Shown piece by piece: positions 18,631-27,075 of a stretch of 64,000 nucleotides of DNA (positions are counted from its first letter, which is position 1; every line of letters starts with the position of its first letter). The notes beneath the pieces were generated by a model. That model saw only the letters and a program-made list of their open reading frames with translations, did not search any database and had not been told where the DNA came from. Position numbers and translations under genes: made by a program. Source of the DNA: an uncultured Mycoplasmatota bacterium (lineage in GTDB: Bacteria; Bacillota_I; Bacilli_A; RF39; UBA660); assembly GCA_948465965.1 (NCBI GenBank), contig CAOJYR010000004.1, positions 2,734 to 66,733 of the forward strand, in the 5' to 3' direction.

Positions 18631-20892
18631 ATGTTTGATAGAATTATATATATTAGTGATCATTCAGCTAATATTAAACTTAAGGATAGTGAAAATCTTG
18701 CGATTAATTTGATGAATCTACATCTTATTTTCGAGGATAAAGATAAGAAGGTTCTTGGAGAAGTCGATGATTTAGATGGCGATGTTGTTAAAGTGCGTTT
18801 TCTTGGTGAGATTGTTGATGGTAGATTAATTGGCGGTACTATTCGTAAACCTTCTTTAGATGCTAGTGTTAGGGTAGTGGATCAGTCTGAAATTCCTATG
18901 ATTGTAGGTGAAGATAAAGAGGGATATATGCGTTTTGGTGTTAGTCCTTTTTACAATGGTTTTCCAGTTTTTCTAGATGTTAATAGTTTTTTTAGTAATC
19001 ATTTTGCTATATTTGGTAATAGTGGATCTGGTAAATCCTGTGGTGTATCAAGACTTTTTCAGAATATGTTTCATGATAAAAGATTATTTCCTTATAAGTC
19101 TAATATTTTACTTTTTGATTCATCTGGAGAATATTATAATGCTTTTAGCAATTTAAATTCTATTGATCCAAATTATCATTATAGATTTTTTAGTACAAAT
19201 GAGGCAGAAGGACTTGGTGAAAAATTAAGATTGCCTATTTGGCTTTTAAATGCAAGTGATTTAGCATTATTATTACAGGCTACCAATCATTCTCAACTTC
19301 CAATTATTGAGAGAATGTTGAAACTTGCTTTAATATTTTCTCAGACAGATGTGGATGCTACTAATTATAAAAATCATTTGATAGCTAAGGCTATTATGAC
19401 TATTTTGTATACTAATGAGACTTCTCCTAACAAAAGGAATGAAATCTTTTCTATTTTAGCTAGTTGTTCTACTCCACAGTTTAACTTGGAGGCTCCTGTT
19501 AAAGGAATTGGTTATACGAGAAAATTTAGAGAATGTTTTTTGATTGATTCACAGGGGCAGTTTTCGGAAAGTGTGTTGCTTACTGAATATGTTTCATCTT
19601 TTATTAAGAGTGAATATGATAGCTATGAACCTAAGGGTGGTGTATTCTATACATTAGATACATTAGAAAAAGCACTTAATTTTACTTTAATTAGTGAGGG
19701 ATGGCTTAGAAATGAGAATACTTATGGAGATGCTGTTACTATTAAGGTTAGACTTCATTCTCTTATTGTAGGAGATTATGCGAAATATTTTGATGTAGCT
19801 GATTATATTTCACTTGAGGCTTATTTATCATCTTTATTAATTAATAATGGTCGTAAATATCAAATTGTTAATATTAATTTAGATGATGTAGATGATGATT
19901 TTGCAAAGGTTATTACTAAAATTTATTCACGTCTTGTATTTGAATTCGCAAAAGGATTGCAGGATAGAGCAAGTATACCTTTTCATATTGTTGTAGAGGA
20001 GGCTCATAGATATATTCAAAATGATACGGATAGATTCTTGATTGGTTATAATATATTTGAACGAATTGCTAAAGAAGGACGTAAGTATGGCGTTATATTA
20101 GGTCTTATTTCTCAAAGACCAGTTGAACTTTCGGATACTGTTATCTCTCAATGTTCTAATTTTTTGATATTTAAGATGAATCATCCTACAGATGTTGATT
20201 ATATTAGAAAGATGGTTCCTAATATTAGTGATGAGATTGTTGAGAAGCAGAAAACTTTACAATCTGGAACTTGCTTAGGTTTTGGTATGGGATTTAAAAT
20301 TCCATTGATATGTAAGTTAGAAATGCCTGATCCCGCTCCTTGGAGTGGTAACTGTGATGTTGTGAATATTTGGAAAGGGGATAATCGTTCATCTAGTTCT
20401 AATGTTAGGGTTGCAGTTAATGATGAAGTTGATAATAATATTCAACAAGACGTTGTTGTTCCTCAATTTGCTAGTGATCAAGCAAATATGTCTTTAGTTA
20501 AACCTTTGGTTGATGTAGTAGATGATCCATCTAGCTCTAATTTAGGTTTTGATAATAATGTTATTTCTAACTTAGGTGGTACTCAGAATCAACCATTGGT
20601 AGATATTACGAATCCTTTAGGAAGTGTAGATACTTTTAATAACTCAGATGCTTTTTCAAACCTATCTAATGATATAAATACTTCTAGACCATTAGTAGAT
20701 ATTATTGATGAAGGGGGACGTCAATTAGCAGATTTAGGAGATAATAATTTACCATCTTTGGGAGGTTTTTCATCTGTTGAAGATAATGCCCCTACTCTGA
20801 CTCCACTGGGTGATAATTCAATTAGTTTAAACGACTCATTTGGACCTGTTACTAATACAGGAAAGCCATTAGTATCTGTTATAGATGAATAG
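18631..20892 (+). CDS. HerA/FtsK-superfamily (DUF87-type) P-loop ATPase with ~175-aa low-complexity C-terminal tail
   Basis: N-terminal barrel-like segment (VVKVRFLGEIVDGRLIGG), Walker A (FGNSGSGKS), Walker B-like HIVVEEAHRY, and GRKYGVILGLISQRPVELSDTVISQCSNFLIFKM, which is typical of HerA/DUF87 ATPases. Confidence 0.75.
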   Translation: MFDRIIYISDHSANIKLKDSENLAINLMNLHLIFEDKDKKVLGEVDDLDGDVVKVRFLGEIVDGRLIGGTIRKPSLDASVRVVDQSEIPMIVGEDKEGYMRFGVSPFYNGFPVFLDVNSFFSNHFAIFGNSGSGKSCGVSRLFQNMFHDKRLFPYKSNILLFDSSGEYYNAFSNLNSIDPNYHYRFFSTNEAEGLGEKLRLPIWLLNASDLALLLQATNHSQLPIIERMLKLALIFSQTDVDATNYKNHLIAKAIMTILYTNETSPNKRNEIFSILASCSTPQFNLEAPVKGIGYTRKFRECFLIDSQGQFSESVLLTEYVSSFIKSEYDSYEPKGGVFYTLDTLEKALNFTLISEGWLRNENTYGDAVTIKVRLHSLIVGDYAKYFDVADYISLEAYLSSLLINNGRKYQIVNINLDDVDDDFAKVITKIYSRLVFEFAKGLQDRASIPFHIVVEEAHRYIQNDTDRFLIGYNIFERIAKEGRKYGVILGLISQRPVELSDTVISQCSNFLIFKMNHPTDVDYIRKMVPNISDEIVEKQKTLQSGTCLGFGMGFKIPLICKLEMPDPAPWSGNCDVVNIWKGDNRSSSSNVRVAVNDEVDNNIQQDVVVPQFASDQANMSLVKPLVDVVDDPSSSNLGFDNNVISNLGGTQNQPLVDITNPLGSVDTFNNSDAFSNLSNDINTSRPLVDIIDEGGRQLADLGDNNLPSLGGFSSVEDNAPTLTPLGDNSISLNDSFGPVTNTGKPLVSVIDE

Positions 20893-20966
20893 AAAGAGGC
20901 AGGTTATCCTGTTTTTTCATTTACTTAATATTTCTTTTTATGTATAATAATTAATAGGTGATAAAA

Positions 20967-22274
20967 ATGTTTGAGAGTTTAGGAGATCGTTTACAAAATG
21001 CAATTCATAAAATAAAGGGTTATGGTAAGATAACCGAAGATAATATTTCTGACATGATGCGGGAGATTCGTCTTGCATTACTTGAAGCTGATGTTAATTA
21101 TAAAGTTGTTAAAGAGTTTACAAATTCTGTTAAGGAAAAAGCTTTGGGAGAAGAAGTAGCTAGTAGCATTAATCCAGGAGATTTATTTGTAAAGATAGTT
21201 AAGGATGAACTTACTGAGTTATTGGGTGGAGAAAATGCTCCCTTAAATTTGAAGGGTGATCCAGCAATTTTAATGTTGGTTGGTTTACAAGGATCAGGAA
21301 AAACTACAACTATTGGAAAGCTCGCTAATTTTTTACGAAAAAAACATAGTAAAAAGCCTTTGCTTGTTGCTTGTGATGTTTATAGACCTGCGGCTATCGA
21401 TCAGTTAAAACAAATTGGTAAGCAGCTTAATATAGAAGTATATGAGGAAGGCAAGAAGGATCCTGTTGAAATTGTTAATCATGCTATTTGTTATGCTAAA
21501 GAAAATGGATATGATTATGTTTTAGTTGATACAGCAGGTAGACTTCATATAGATACTGAACTTATGGATGAATTAGATAATATAAGGAATAGTATTAATC
21601 CACAAGAGATTTTATTAGTAATTGATGCTATGATGGGACAAGATGCTATTAATGTTATAACTGGTTTTAATGATAAGTTACCTCTTACGGGTGTTATTCT
21701 TACCAAACTTGATGGTGATACTAGGGGTGGTGTTGCGCTTTCTGTTAGACATCTAACACAGGTTCCTATTAAGTTTATGGGCATTTCAGAAAAATTAGAT
21801 GGGCTTGATTCCTTTGATCCTGAGCGAATGGCTGGAAGAATTTTGGGAATGGGTGATATTGTTTCGCTTGTTGAAAAAGCGACTGAAGCTATTGATGAAA
21901 AGGAAGCAGAGAAAACAGCCAAAAGAATGCAACAAGGGAAATTTGATTTAGAGGACTTTTTATCTACTATGAAGCAGATGAAGAAACTTGGGCCCCTTGA
22001 GAATCTGATTAAATTGATTCCGGGTGCTAAAAAAATGGGTCTAAATAATGTTAAAATAGATCCAAAACAGATGGCTCATATTGAGGCTATTGTTTTATCT
22101 ATGACTCCTAAGGAAAGACGCAATCCTGAGATTATTAAGGCAAGTCGTAAAACTAGAATTGCCAAGGGAAGTGGTACTTCAGTACAAGAGGTTAATAGGC
22201 TTTTACAGCAATTTGATCAAATGAAAAAGATGATGAAGCAAATGGCAGGAGGAAATTTAAAATTACCTTTTTAG
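20967..22274 (+). CDS. ffh: Signal recognition particle protein Ffh
   Basis: MFESLGDRLQ start, GLQGSGKTTT, DTAGR, TKLDGD and a Met-rich M domain. I set the start at ATG 20967 behind AGGTGA. The track ORF starts at GTG 20958. Confidence 0.95.
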   Translation: MFESLGDRLQNAIHKIKGYGKITEDNISDMMREIRLALLEADVNYKVVKEFTNSVKEKALGEEVASSINPGDLFVKIVKDELTELLGGENAPLNLKGDPAILMLVGLQGSGKTTTIGKLANFLRKKHSKKPLLVACDVYRPAAIDQLKQIGKQLNIEVYEEGKKDPVEIVNHAICYAKENGYDYVLVDTAGRLHIDTELMDELDNIRNSINPQEILLVIDAMMGQDAINVITGFNDKLPLTGVILTKLDGDTRGGVALSVRHLTQVPIKFMGISEKLDGLDSFDPERMAGRILGMGDIVSLVEKATEAIDEKEAEKTAKRMQQGKFDLEDFLSTMKQMKKLGPLENLIKLIPGAKKMGLNNVKIDPKQMAHIEAIVLSMTPKERRNPEIIKASRKTRIAKGSGTSVQEVNRLLQQFDQMKKMMKQMAGGNLKLPF

Positions 22275-22303
22275 AATCTATTTATAATGGATTCTCTTTT
22301 TTT
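22273..22303 (+). terminator. Rho-independent terminator after ffh
   Basis: agaatc / gattct stem overlapping the stop codon, followed by ctttttttat. Confidence 0.5.
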
Positions 22304-22380
22304 ATTTCTATTTATAATGGGCTATAATAGTAGCTAATTTATTCGCTTTACATACTATAAATTAGAGGAGGTATTATATT

Positions 22381-22710
22381 ATGTTTGAATCAGGTATGAA
22401 TAATAACGTTGATTTCGATTCGACTGTTATTGGTAACAATAATGTTGTTGATAATGAGATGAATGTTGATATTAATATGATGAATAATAATGGGGGCCAA
22501 ATGATGCAAATGAATAGTCCAATTAGTGAAGCTGTTCAAGAAAAATGTATTCATAAAACAATCGTACATGAAGTTCCTCATGTATGTCCAATCCATACAA
22601 GAATAATTAATCATCATGTATATAAACATACTTATAGACCACGCTATACTTGTTCTGAAGAAAATACTGTTAGCAATGTTCAATGTGGTTCTTGTTGTAA
22701 TTTTCGTTAG
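22381..22710 (+). CDS. CotD-family spore coat protein-like, with Asn/Met-rich N-terminal extension
   Basis: The His/Cys-rich C-terminal half (HKTIVHEVPHVCPIHTRIINHHVYKHTYRP...CGSCC) resembles the B. subtilis CotD pattern. A strong RBS (GAGGAGG) lies upstream. Confidence 0.55.
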   Translation: MFESGMNNNVDFDSTVIGNNNVVDNEMNVDINMMNNNGGQMMQMNSPISEAVQEKCIHKTIVHEVPHVCPIHTRIINHHVYKHTYRPRYTCSEENTVSNVQCGSCCNFR

Positions 22711-22713
22711 AAG

Positions 22714-22741
22714 GAAAGTAGGAAGCTACTTTCTTTTTTTT
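22714..22741 (+). terminator. Rho-independent terminator
   Basis: gaaagtag / ctactttc forms an 8-bp stem with a 4-nt loop, followed by a T-run. Confidence 0.65.
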
Positions 22742-22837
22742 GTAAAATTTTTACTGTAAATTAAATGTCTAATTTTGTCATATCTATTGATTATTTGACA
22801 TGGCTCATTTATTCTTATAATAGGGAGTGTGATATGA

Positions 22838-23041
22838 ATGATTTATCCTTCAATAGATAAATTACTTAATATAGTTGATTCAAAATATGAACTTGTTCAT
22901 ATTGCGGCTAGAAGAAGTAAAGAAATTTCTCAGAATGGATATTTGCAGATGCCTGATACTGAATATAAGAGTAAAAAGAATATTGGAAGGGCTCTTGAAG
23001 AGATTACAGAAGGTCTAATCAAGATAAGAAGAGAAGATTAA
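22838..23041 (+). CDS. rpoZ: DNA-directed RNA polymerase subunit omega
   Basis: YPSIDKLLNIVDSKYELVHIAARRSKEI is the RpoZ signature. 67 aa. Confidence 0.85.
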   Translation: MIYPSIDKLLNIVDSKYELVHIAARRSKEISQNGYLQMPDTEYKSKKNIGRALEEITEGLIKIRRED

Positions 23042-23079
23042 CTTCTTTTTTTATGCTATAATATTTATAGGTGATATTT

Positions 23080-23829
23080 ATGAAAATACTCAAGTATAAG
23101 AAGATGACAAATGGAAGATATAAACTTTATTTAGATGATGGAGTTGAGTTGATTTTATATGAAGAAGTTATTTTAAAGTATGAATTGTTGTTAAAGAAGG
23201 ATATTGATTCTAATAAATTGAAGGAGATAGGTGAATTTAATTTAGAATGTGATGTTTATTATGTGGCTTTGAAGACTTTAAAAAGCAGGTTTAAATCAGT
23301 AAAGGAGCTTAGGGATAATTTGATTAAAAAAGAGTATCCTATTGATTTAGTTGAAAAGGCAATTTCTAAACTTTTAAAACAAGGGTATCTTGATGATCGA
23401 AGTTTTTGTAAAAGTTATATTAACAACCAAATCATTACTACTTCTAAGGGACCTTATAAGATTAGTAAGGAATTAATTAATAAGGGAATTTCTAAGGATA
23501 TTATTGATGACGAAATAGTTAATTTTACAGAAGAAGAACAACTTGTAAAAATAAAAAAAATTGCAGATCGATTAATTAAGACTAATAGAACTAGGGGTGG
23601 AGTTGTTCTGAAAAGAAAGATTATTAATGATTTGATTCATTTGGGATATAATACTACATTAATAAACAAAGTATTGGACAATTTAACTTTTGATAATGAT
23701 AAAGATTTAGCTACAAGGGAATATGAGAAGATATATAAAAGACTTAGCAGAAAGTATAGTGGTCGTGAGTTGGAGTATAAAATAAAAGAAAGACTTTATA
23801 AACTTGGACTTTATTATGAAGAGCAATAA
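23080..23829 (+). CDS. recX: Regulatory protein RecX
   Basis: Three-repeat helical RecX pattern (LKQGYLDDRSFCKSYINNQI...). I set the start at ATG 23080 behind AGGTGA. Confidence 0.7.
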   Translation: MKILKYKKMTNGRYKLYLDDGVELILYEEVILKYELLLKKDIDSNKLKEIGEFNLECDVYYVALKTLKSRFKSVKELRDNLIKKEYPIDLVEKAISKLLKQGYLDDRSFCKSYINNQIITTSKGPYKISKELINKGISKDIIDDEIVNFTEEEQLVKIKKIADRLIKTNRTRGGVVLKRKIINDLIHLGYNTTLINKVLDNLTFDNDKDLATREYEKIYKRLSRKYSGRELEYKIKERLYKLGLYYEEQ

Positions 23830-23830
23830 A

Positions 23831-23855
23831 AAAGATGGATTGTATCCATTTTTTT
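23831..23855. terminator. Bidirectional terminator between recX and prsA
   Basis: atggat-tgt-atccat hairpin flanked by an A-run and a T-run. Confidence 0.55.
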
Positions 23856-23861
23856 GTTAAA

Positions 23862-24863
23862 TTATGAATTATTTGTTGTATTTTTAATTAATTGATTCAT
23901 TAAGTCTTTATATTCTTTTTTTAATTCATCATCATTCCATTTGATGTTATTTTTTTCTCTTATTTCAATAAGTGTATTGTAATGAAGAGCAGAGTCATTT
24001 GCTAATTTTTCCTCTGTTAATTTTGTCTTTATATCAGATTTGACTGATTTTAGGGATGCTTTTTTCTTTTGGTCTATCTTTAAAATTATATGATATCCAT
24101 ACTGTGTTTTTACTGGTTCTTTTGTGTATTCATTATTTTCTAGTTTTTTTACAGCTTCCATAAAGTTTTCATCCATATCATCATTATTGAAATATCCTAA
24201 ATTTCCACCATCATTTTTATTTGCATCATCGTCAGAATATTTTTTTGCAAGTTTGGAAAAATCTTCTCCATTATTTAATTTCTTAATAATCTTTTCTGCT
24301 TCTTTTTTTGCTTTTTCTTCAGCAGCCTTTTTCTCTTCATCAGTAGAATCATCTTTTGCATCAACTTTTATTAGAATATGACTTGCCTTGATATTTCCCA
24401 TAATGTTTTCGTCATAATATTTCTTTATTTCATTATCAGTTAAAGAATCTTCTATGTAGTCTTTTACAGCTTCATTTCTTTTATACTCAAGTCTTAACAT
24501 ATCTTCTAGTTCTTTTTCAGAATTTACTCCAAAATATTGCTTTATAATATTTTTAAATGTTTCATCATCGTTTCCGTAATTTGATTTTAATTGCTCCATC
24601 TGTTTTTTTACTTCAGTATTTTCCTCTTCGTTTTGTGGATATTTTTTATCAAATAACTTATGATCAATCATATCTACTATTTTAGAAATATTTGTTTTTT
24701 TAATTTCATTATAGTAGTCTGTTGCGGTGATTTTTCCACCTTTTACTGATACTGCTGTTTTGTTAGCATCATTTAATTCTGCCTTTTTTCCACAACCTGT
24801 TAAGATTAAGGTTATAGATATTACAAAAGTTATAGTTGTTATTATTTTTTTATAATTCATCAA
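23862..24863 (-). CDS. prsA: Foldase lipoprotein PrsA (parvulin-type peptidyl-prolyl isomerase)
   Basis: Lipobox LTGCG after the signal helix, and a parvulin core (ASHILIKV...GGNLGYF...YGYHIIL). Confidence 0.85.
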   Translation of the reverse strand: MMNYKKIITTITFVISITLILTGCGKKAELNDANKTAVSVKGGKITATDYYNEIKKTNISKIVDMIDHKLFDKKYPQNEEENTEVKKQMEQLKSNYGNDDETFKNIIKQYFGVNSEKELEDMLRLEYKRNEAVKDYIEDSLTDNEIKKYYDENIMGNIKASHILIKVDAKDDSTDEEKKAAEEKAKKEAEKIIKKLNNGEDFSKLAKKYSDDDANKNDGGNLGYFNNDDMDENFMEAVKKLENNEYTKEPVKTQYGYHIILKIDQKKKASLKSVKSDIKTKLTEEKLANDSALHYNTLIEIREKNNIKWNDDELKKEYKDLMNQLIKNTTNNS

Positions 24864-24994
24864 TTTATTCCTCCTATTTCTTATTTATGATAACAAAAAA
24901 ATAAAATTCATGCAATAAATATGGTATATATAATCACACAAATTTGACTTTTACCATAGAATATCATGAAAGCATAAAAAAAGGAGGAAAAGAT

Positions 24995-25075
24995 ATGAGT
25001 AATTATGTATCATCTTCAGCTATTATTTTAGTTTTATTTATTCTTTTAGTTATAATCTTAGGTGCTTATATTTAA
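24995..25075 (+). CDS. YjcZ-family-like tiny membrane (sporulation) protein, 26 aa; not in the ORF track
   Basis: MSNYVSSSAIILVLFILLVIILGAYI. The (A)LI(V)VLFILL.I(I)(V)G core resembles Bacillus YjcZ-type micro-proteins. An AAGGAGG RBS lies 7 nt upstream. Confidence 0.5.
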   Translation: MSNYVSSSAIILVLFILLVIILGAYI

Positions 25076-25087
25076 GGAGGTGTTAAA

Positions 25088-25201
25088 ATGTCTTGTCCTG
25101 AGAGCAGTAATACCCCTAGAAGGGGAAATGGTTTCTTAGTAATTATTATTTTATATATTTTACTAGCAATTATGTTAACTGGAAATCATTGTAATTATTA
25201 A
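25088..25201 (+). CDS. Second YjcZ-like tiny membrane protein, 37 aa; not in the ORF track
   Basis: MSCPESSNTPRRGNGFLVIIILYILLAIMLTGNHCNY. An AAGGAGG RBS overlaps the stop of the previous micro-ORF. A terminator follows. Confidence 0.45.
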   Translation: MSCPESSNTPRRGNGFLVIIILYILLAIMLTGNHCNY

Positions 25202-25214
25202 TTTAGTTTAAGGG

Positions 25215-25242
25215 TAAGAATTTAGAATTCTTATCTTTTTTT
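25215..25242 (+). terminator. Rho-independent terminator after the micro-protein pair
   Basis: taagaatt-tag-aattctta forms an 8-bp stem, followed by tcttttttt. Confidence 0.55.
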
Positions 25243-25284
25243 ATGTTCTTTATTTTTTTGTACATAATAATAATGGTGATTCAT

Positions 25285-25785
25285 ATGTATTATATAAATA
25301 TATTTTTTTTATCTTCTTTTTTAGGATATTTACTGGAAACTTTTCTTAAAACATTTTTCTTTCATTCCATGAATAATGGAATATTATTTGGACCCTTTAT
25401 ACCTGTGTATGGGTTTGGTTGTGTTATTATTGTGCTAGTAGAGAAGTTTATATTTGAAAAGAGAAATATTTCTAAATTAGTTAAACTTTTATTATTATTT
25501 TTTATTGTGAGTATCCTACTTACTTTACTTGAATGGATTGGTGGTGTACTCATAGAGGTGTGTTTTGATAAGATTTATTGGGATTATAGTCATTTGAAAT
25601 TTAATTTTGGTCATTATATTGCATTAGAGATGAGTATTGTCTGGGGTCTTTTTTCTCTTTTGTTTGTTTATCTTATAAAACCTGTTGAAGATGTGATTAT
25701 AAAAAAAATACCAAAATGGTTTACTATTTTAGTATCTATCCTTTTTATCATTGATGTTATTTGTACTACTCTTCATTTAATTTAG
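25285..25785 (+). CDS. Polytopic membrane protein (resembles the 'putative ABC-transporter type IV' / PF06541-like family)
   Basis: Pattern GILFGPFIPVYGFG plus 5 TM helices. I moved the start to ATG 25285 (GGTGA RBS) because the track start at 25243 abuts the preceding terminator. Confidence 0.45.
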   Translation: MYYINIFFLSSFLGYLLETFLKTFFFHSMNNGILFGPFIPVYGFGCVIIVLVEKFIFEKRNISKLVKLLLLFFIVSILLTLLEWIGGVLIEVCFDKIYWDYSHLKFNFGHYIALEMSIVWGLFSLLFVYLIKPVEDVIIKKIPKWFTILVSILFIIDVICTTLHLI

Positions 25786-26164
25786 AATAAACTTCATCAA
25801 TATCTATTAATAAATCTTTATTATAGTCATAGTCCGCTAAGTCGTTTTGATATCTTGGTGTTAGATGAATGTGAAAATGTTTTATCTCTTGCCCAAGAAA
25901 ATTATTCTCAGCTATTGTTAGTCCTTCACAATTTAGCTTTTCCTTTAATAGAGGGTATAATTTATCTCTAATTATTTTAAAACTATGAGAGATTATTTTT
26001 TCATCAACATCTAATATATTTACATAGTGTTCTTTTGGTAGAATTAGTAGATGTCCATTTGTTGATGGATTAATATTCATAATTACTTTTATAAGTTCAT
26101 CTTCATAAATGGTCTTTGATGGGGCTTCATTATTTATTATTTTACAAAAAATACAATCTTTCAT
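25766..26164 (-). CDS. HIT-family (histidine triad) nucleotide hydrolase
   Basis: CIFCKII, NGHLLILPKEH and the triad HFHIHLTP. Confidence 0.9.
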   Translation of the reverse strand: MKDCIFCKIINNEAPSKTIYEDELIKVIMNINPSTNGHLLILPKEHYVNILDVDEKIISHSFKIIRDKLYPLLKEKLNCEGLTIAENNFLGQEIKHFHIHLTPRYQNDLADYDYNKDLLIDIDEVYSKLNEE

Positions 26165-26176
26165 TTTTTTCTCCTT

Positions 26177-26932
26177 TTAATTTAAATATTTATAAGTAAT
26201 ATTATATTTATTTAAAATATCACTTTCTTTATTATTTATTATATCATTAATTCCTGATTTAAAACTAGAACTTTTTACTAATTCCTCAGTTATATTGTTT
26301 ATTTTTACAGATTCTGTTATATCTGATTTATTTGTTATAGTAATATTATATGATTTTGGAGTTATGTTTTTTGAATTTAATTTTTCTATATTAGTTGTGA
26401 TGCAGTTTTCTATCTTTTCACTACTAAACTCTTCAACTTCTAAATCTAGATTTATATTATAAATTTTTAAAGTAGATAGGTCCTTTTCCTCTATCAGTCT
26501 TTTTCGGACTTGTGTGGAAAAATCATTTAATTTTCTTGGTATTTCTATTGTGATTTTTTCTTTAGATATTTTATTAATATTTTTCTCTAATTTTTTTGTT
26601 ATCTTTGTTAGTAGTGTATTTCCCTCTAAGTAATCTTTTTTATAAGTATCTGTAATTTTTTTGTTTTGATAATTAATAGTAAAGTAGAGATTTTTATTTT
26701 CTTTGGAAACTACCTTTAGGGTATAGACTGTATTTTTATAGATTGTATCCTTAATATTTACTTCTTCTAGTATATTGGGATAGTTTTCTTTTAAATAATT
26801 ATTTAGTTTCTTATCTATTTTTGGAATAGAGTAGGGAGCTAGTTTTTCTGTTGTGATGATTACTCCAAAAGATACAAAGATTATCAAGAAAAATATGGCC
26901 ATGTATAGGGTTAATTTTTTATCTTGTTTCAT
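26177..26932 (-). CDS. Membrane-anchored hypothetical protein (N-terminal TM, extracytoplasmic Lys/Asn-rich domain)
   Basis: ORF with a single N-terminal helix. No motif recognised. Co-directional with the HIT gene. Confidence 0.45.
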   Translation of the reverse strand: MKQDKKLTLYMAIFFLIIFVSFGVIITTEKLAPYSIPKIDKKLNNYLKENYPNILEEVNIKDTIYKNTVYTLKVVSKENKNLYFTINYQNKKITDTYKKDYLEGNTLLTKITKKLEKNINKISKEKITIEIPRKLNDFSTQVRKRLIEEKDLSTLKIYNINLDLEVEEFSSEKIENCITTNIEKLNSKNITPKSYNITITNKSDITESVKINNITEELVKSSSFKSGINDIINNKESDILNKYNITYKYLN

Positions 26933-27075
26933 GTTATCACCTAATAAGTATTTTAGCTTAATGCTATTTAAAATGCAATAAAATCACTAATACTTATTTA
27001 TTTGAAAAAATTTTAATTAAACATTTAAAAATGGTTGTTCTTCACAAAAATATATGTTATTATTAGTAATAATAG

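Noticed and set aside
18631-20892. Calling the HerA-like ATPase a known anti-phage system (Sir2-HerA or DUF4297-HerA).
   Set aside because: No Sir2, DUF4297, NurA or other recognised effector domain is visible in the neighbouring ORFs. The defence role remains only a hypothesis.
22277-22320. A 14-nt direct repeat, tctatttataatgg, at 22277-22290 and 22307-22320 downstream of ffh.
   Set aside because: It is short and AT-rich. The first copy is simply the loop of the ffh terminator, and the second may provide a TATAAT box for the cotD-like gene. There is not enough evidence to call it a recombination site or a mobile-element end.
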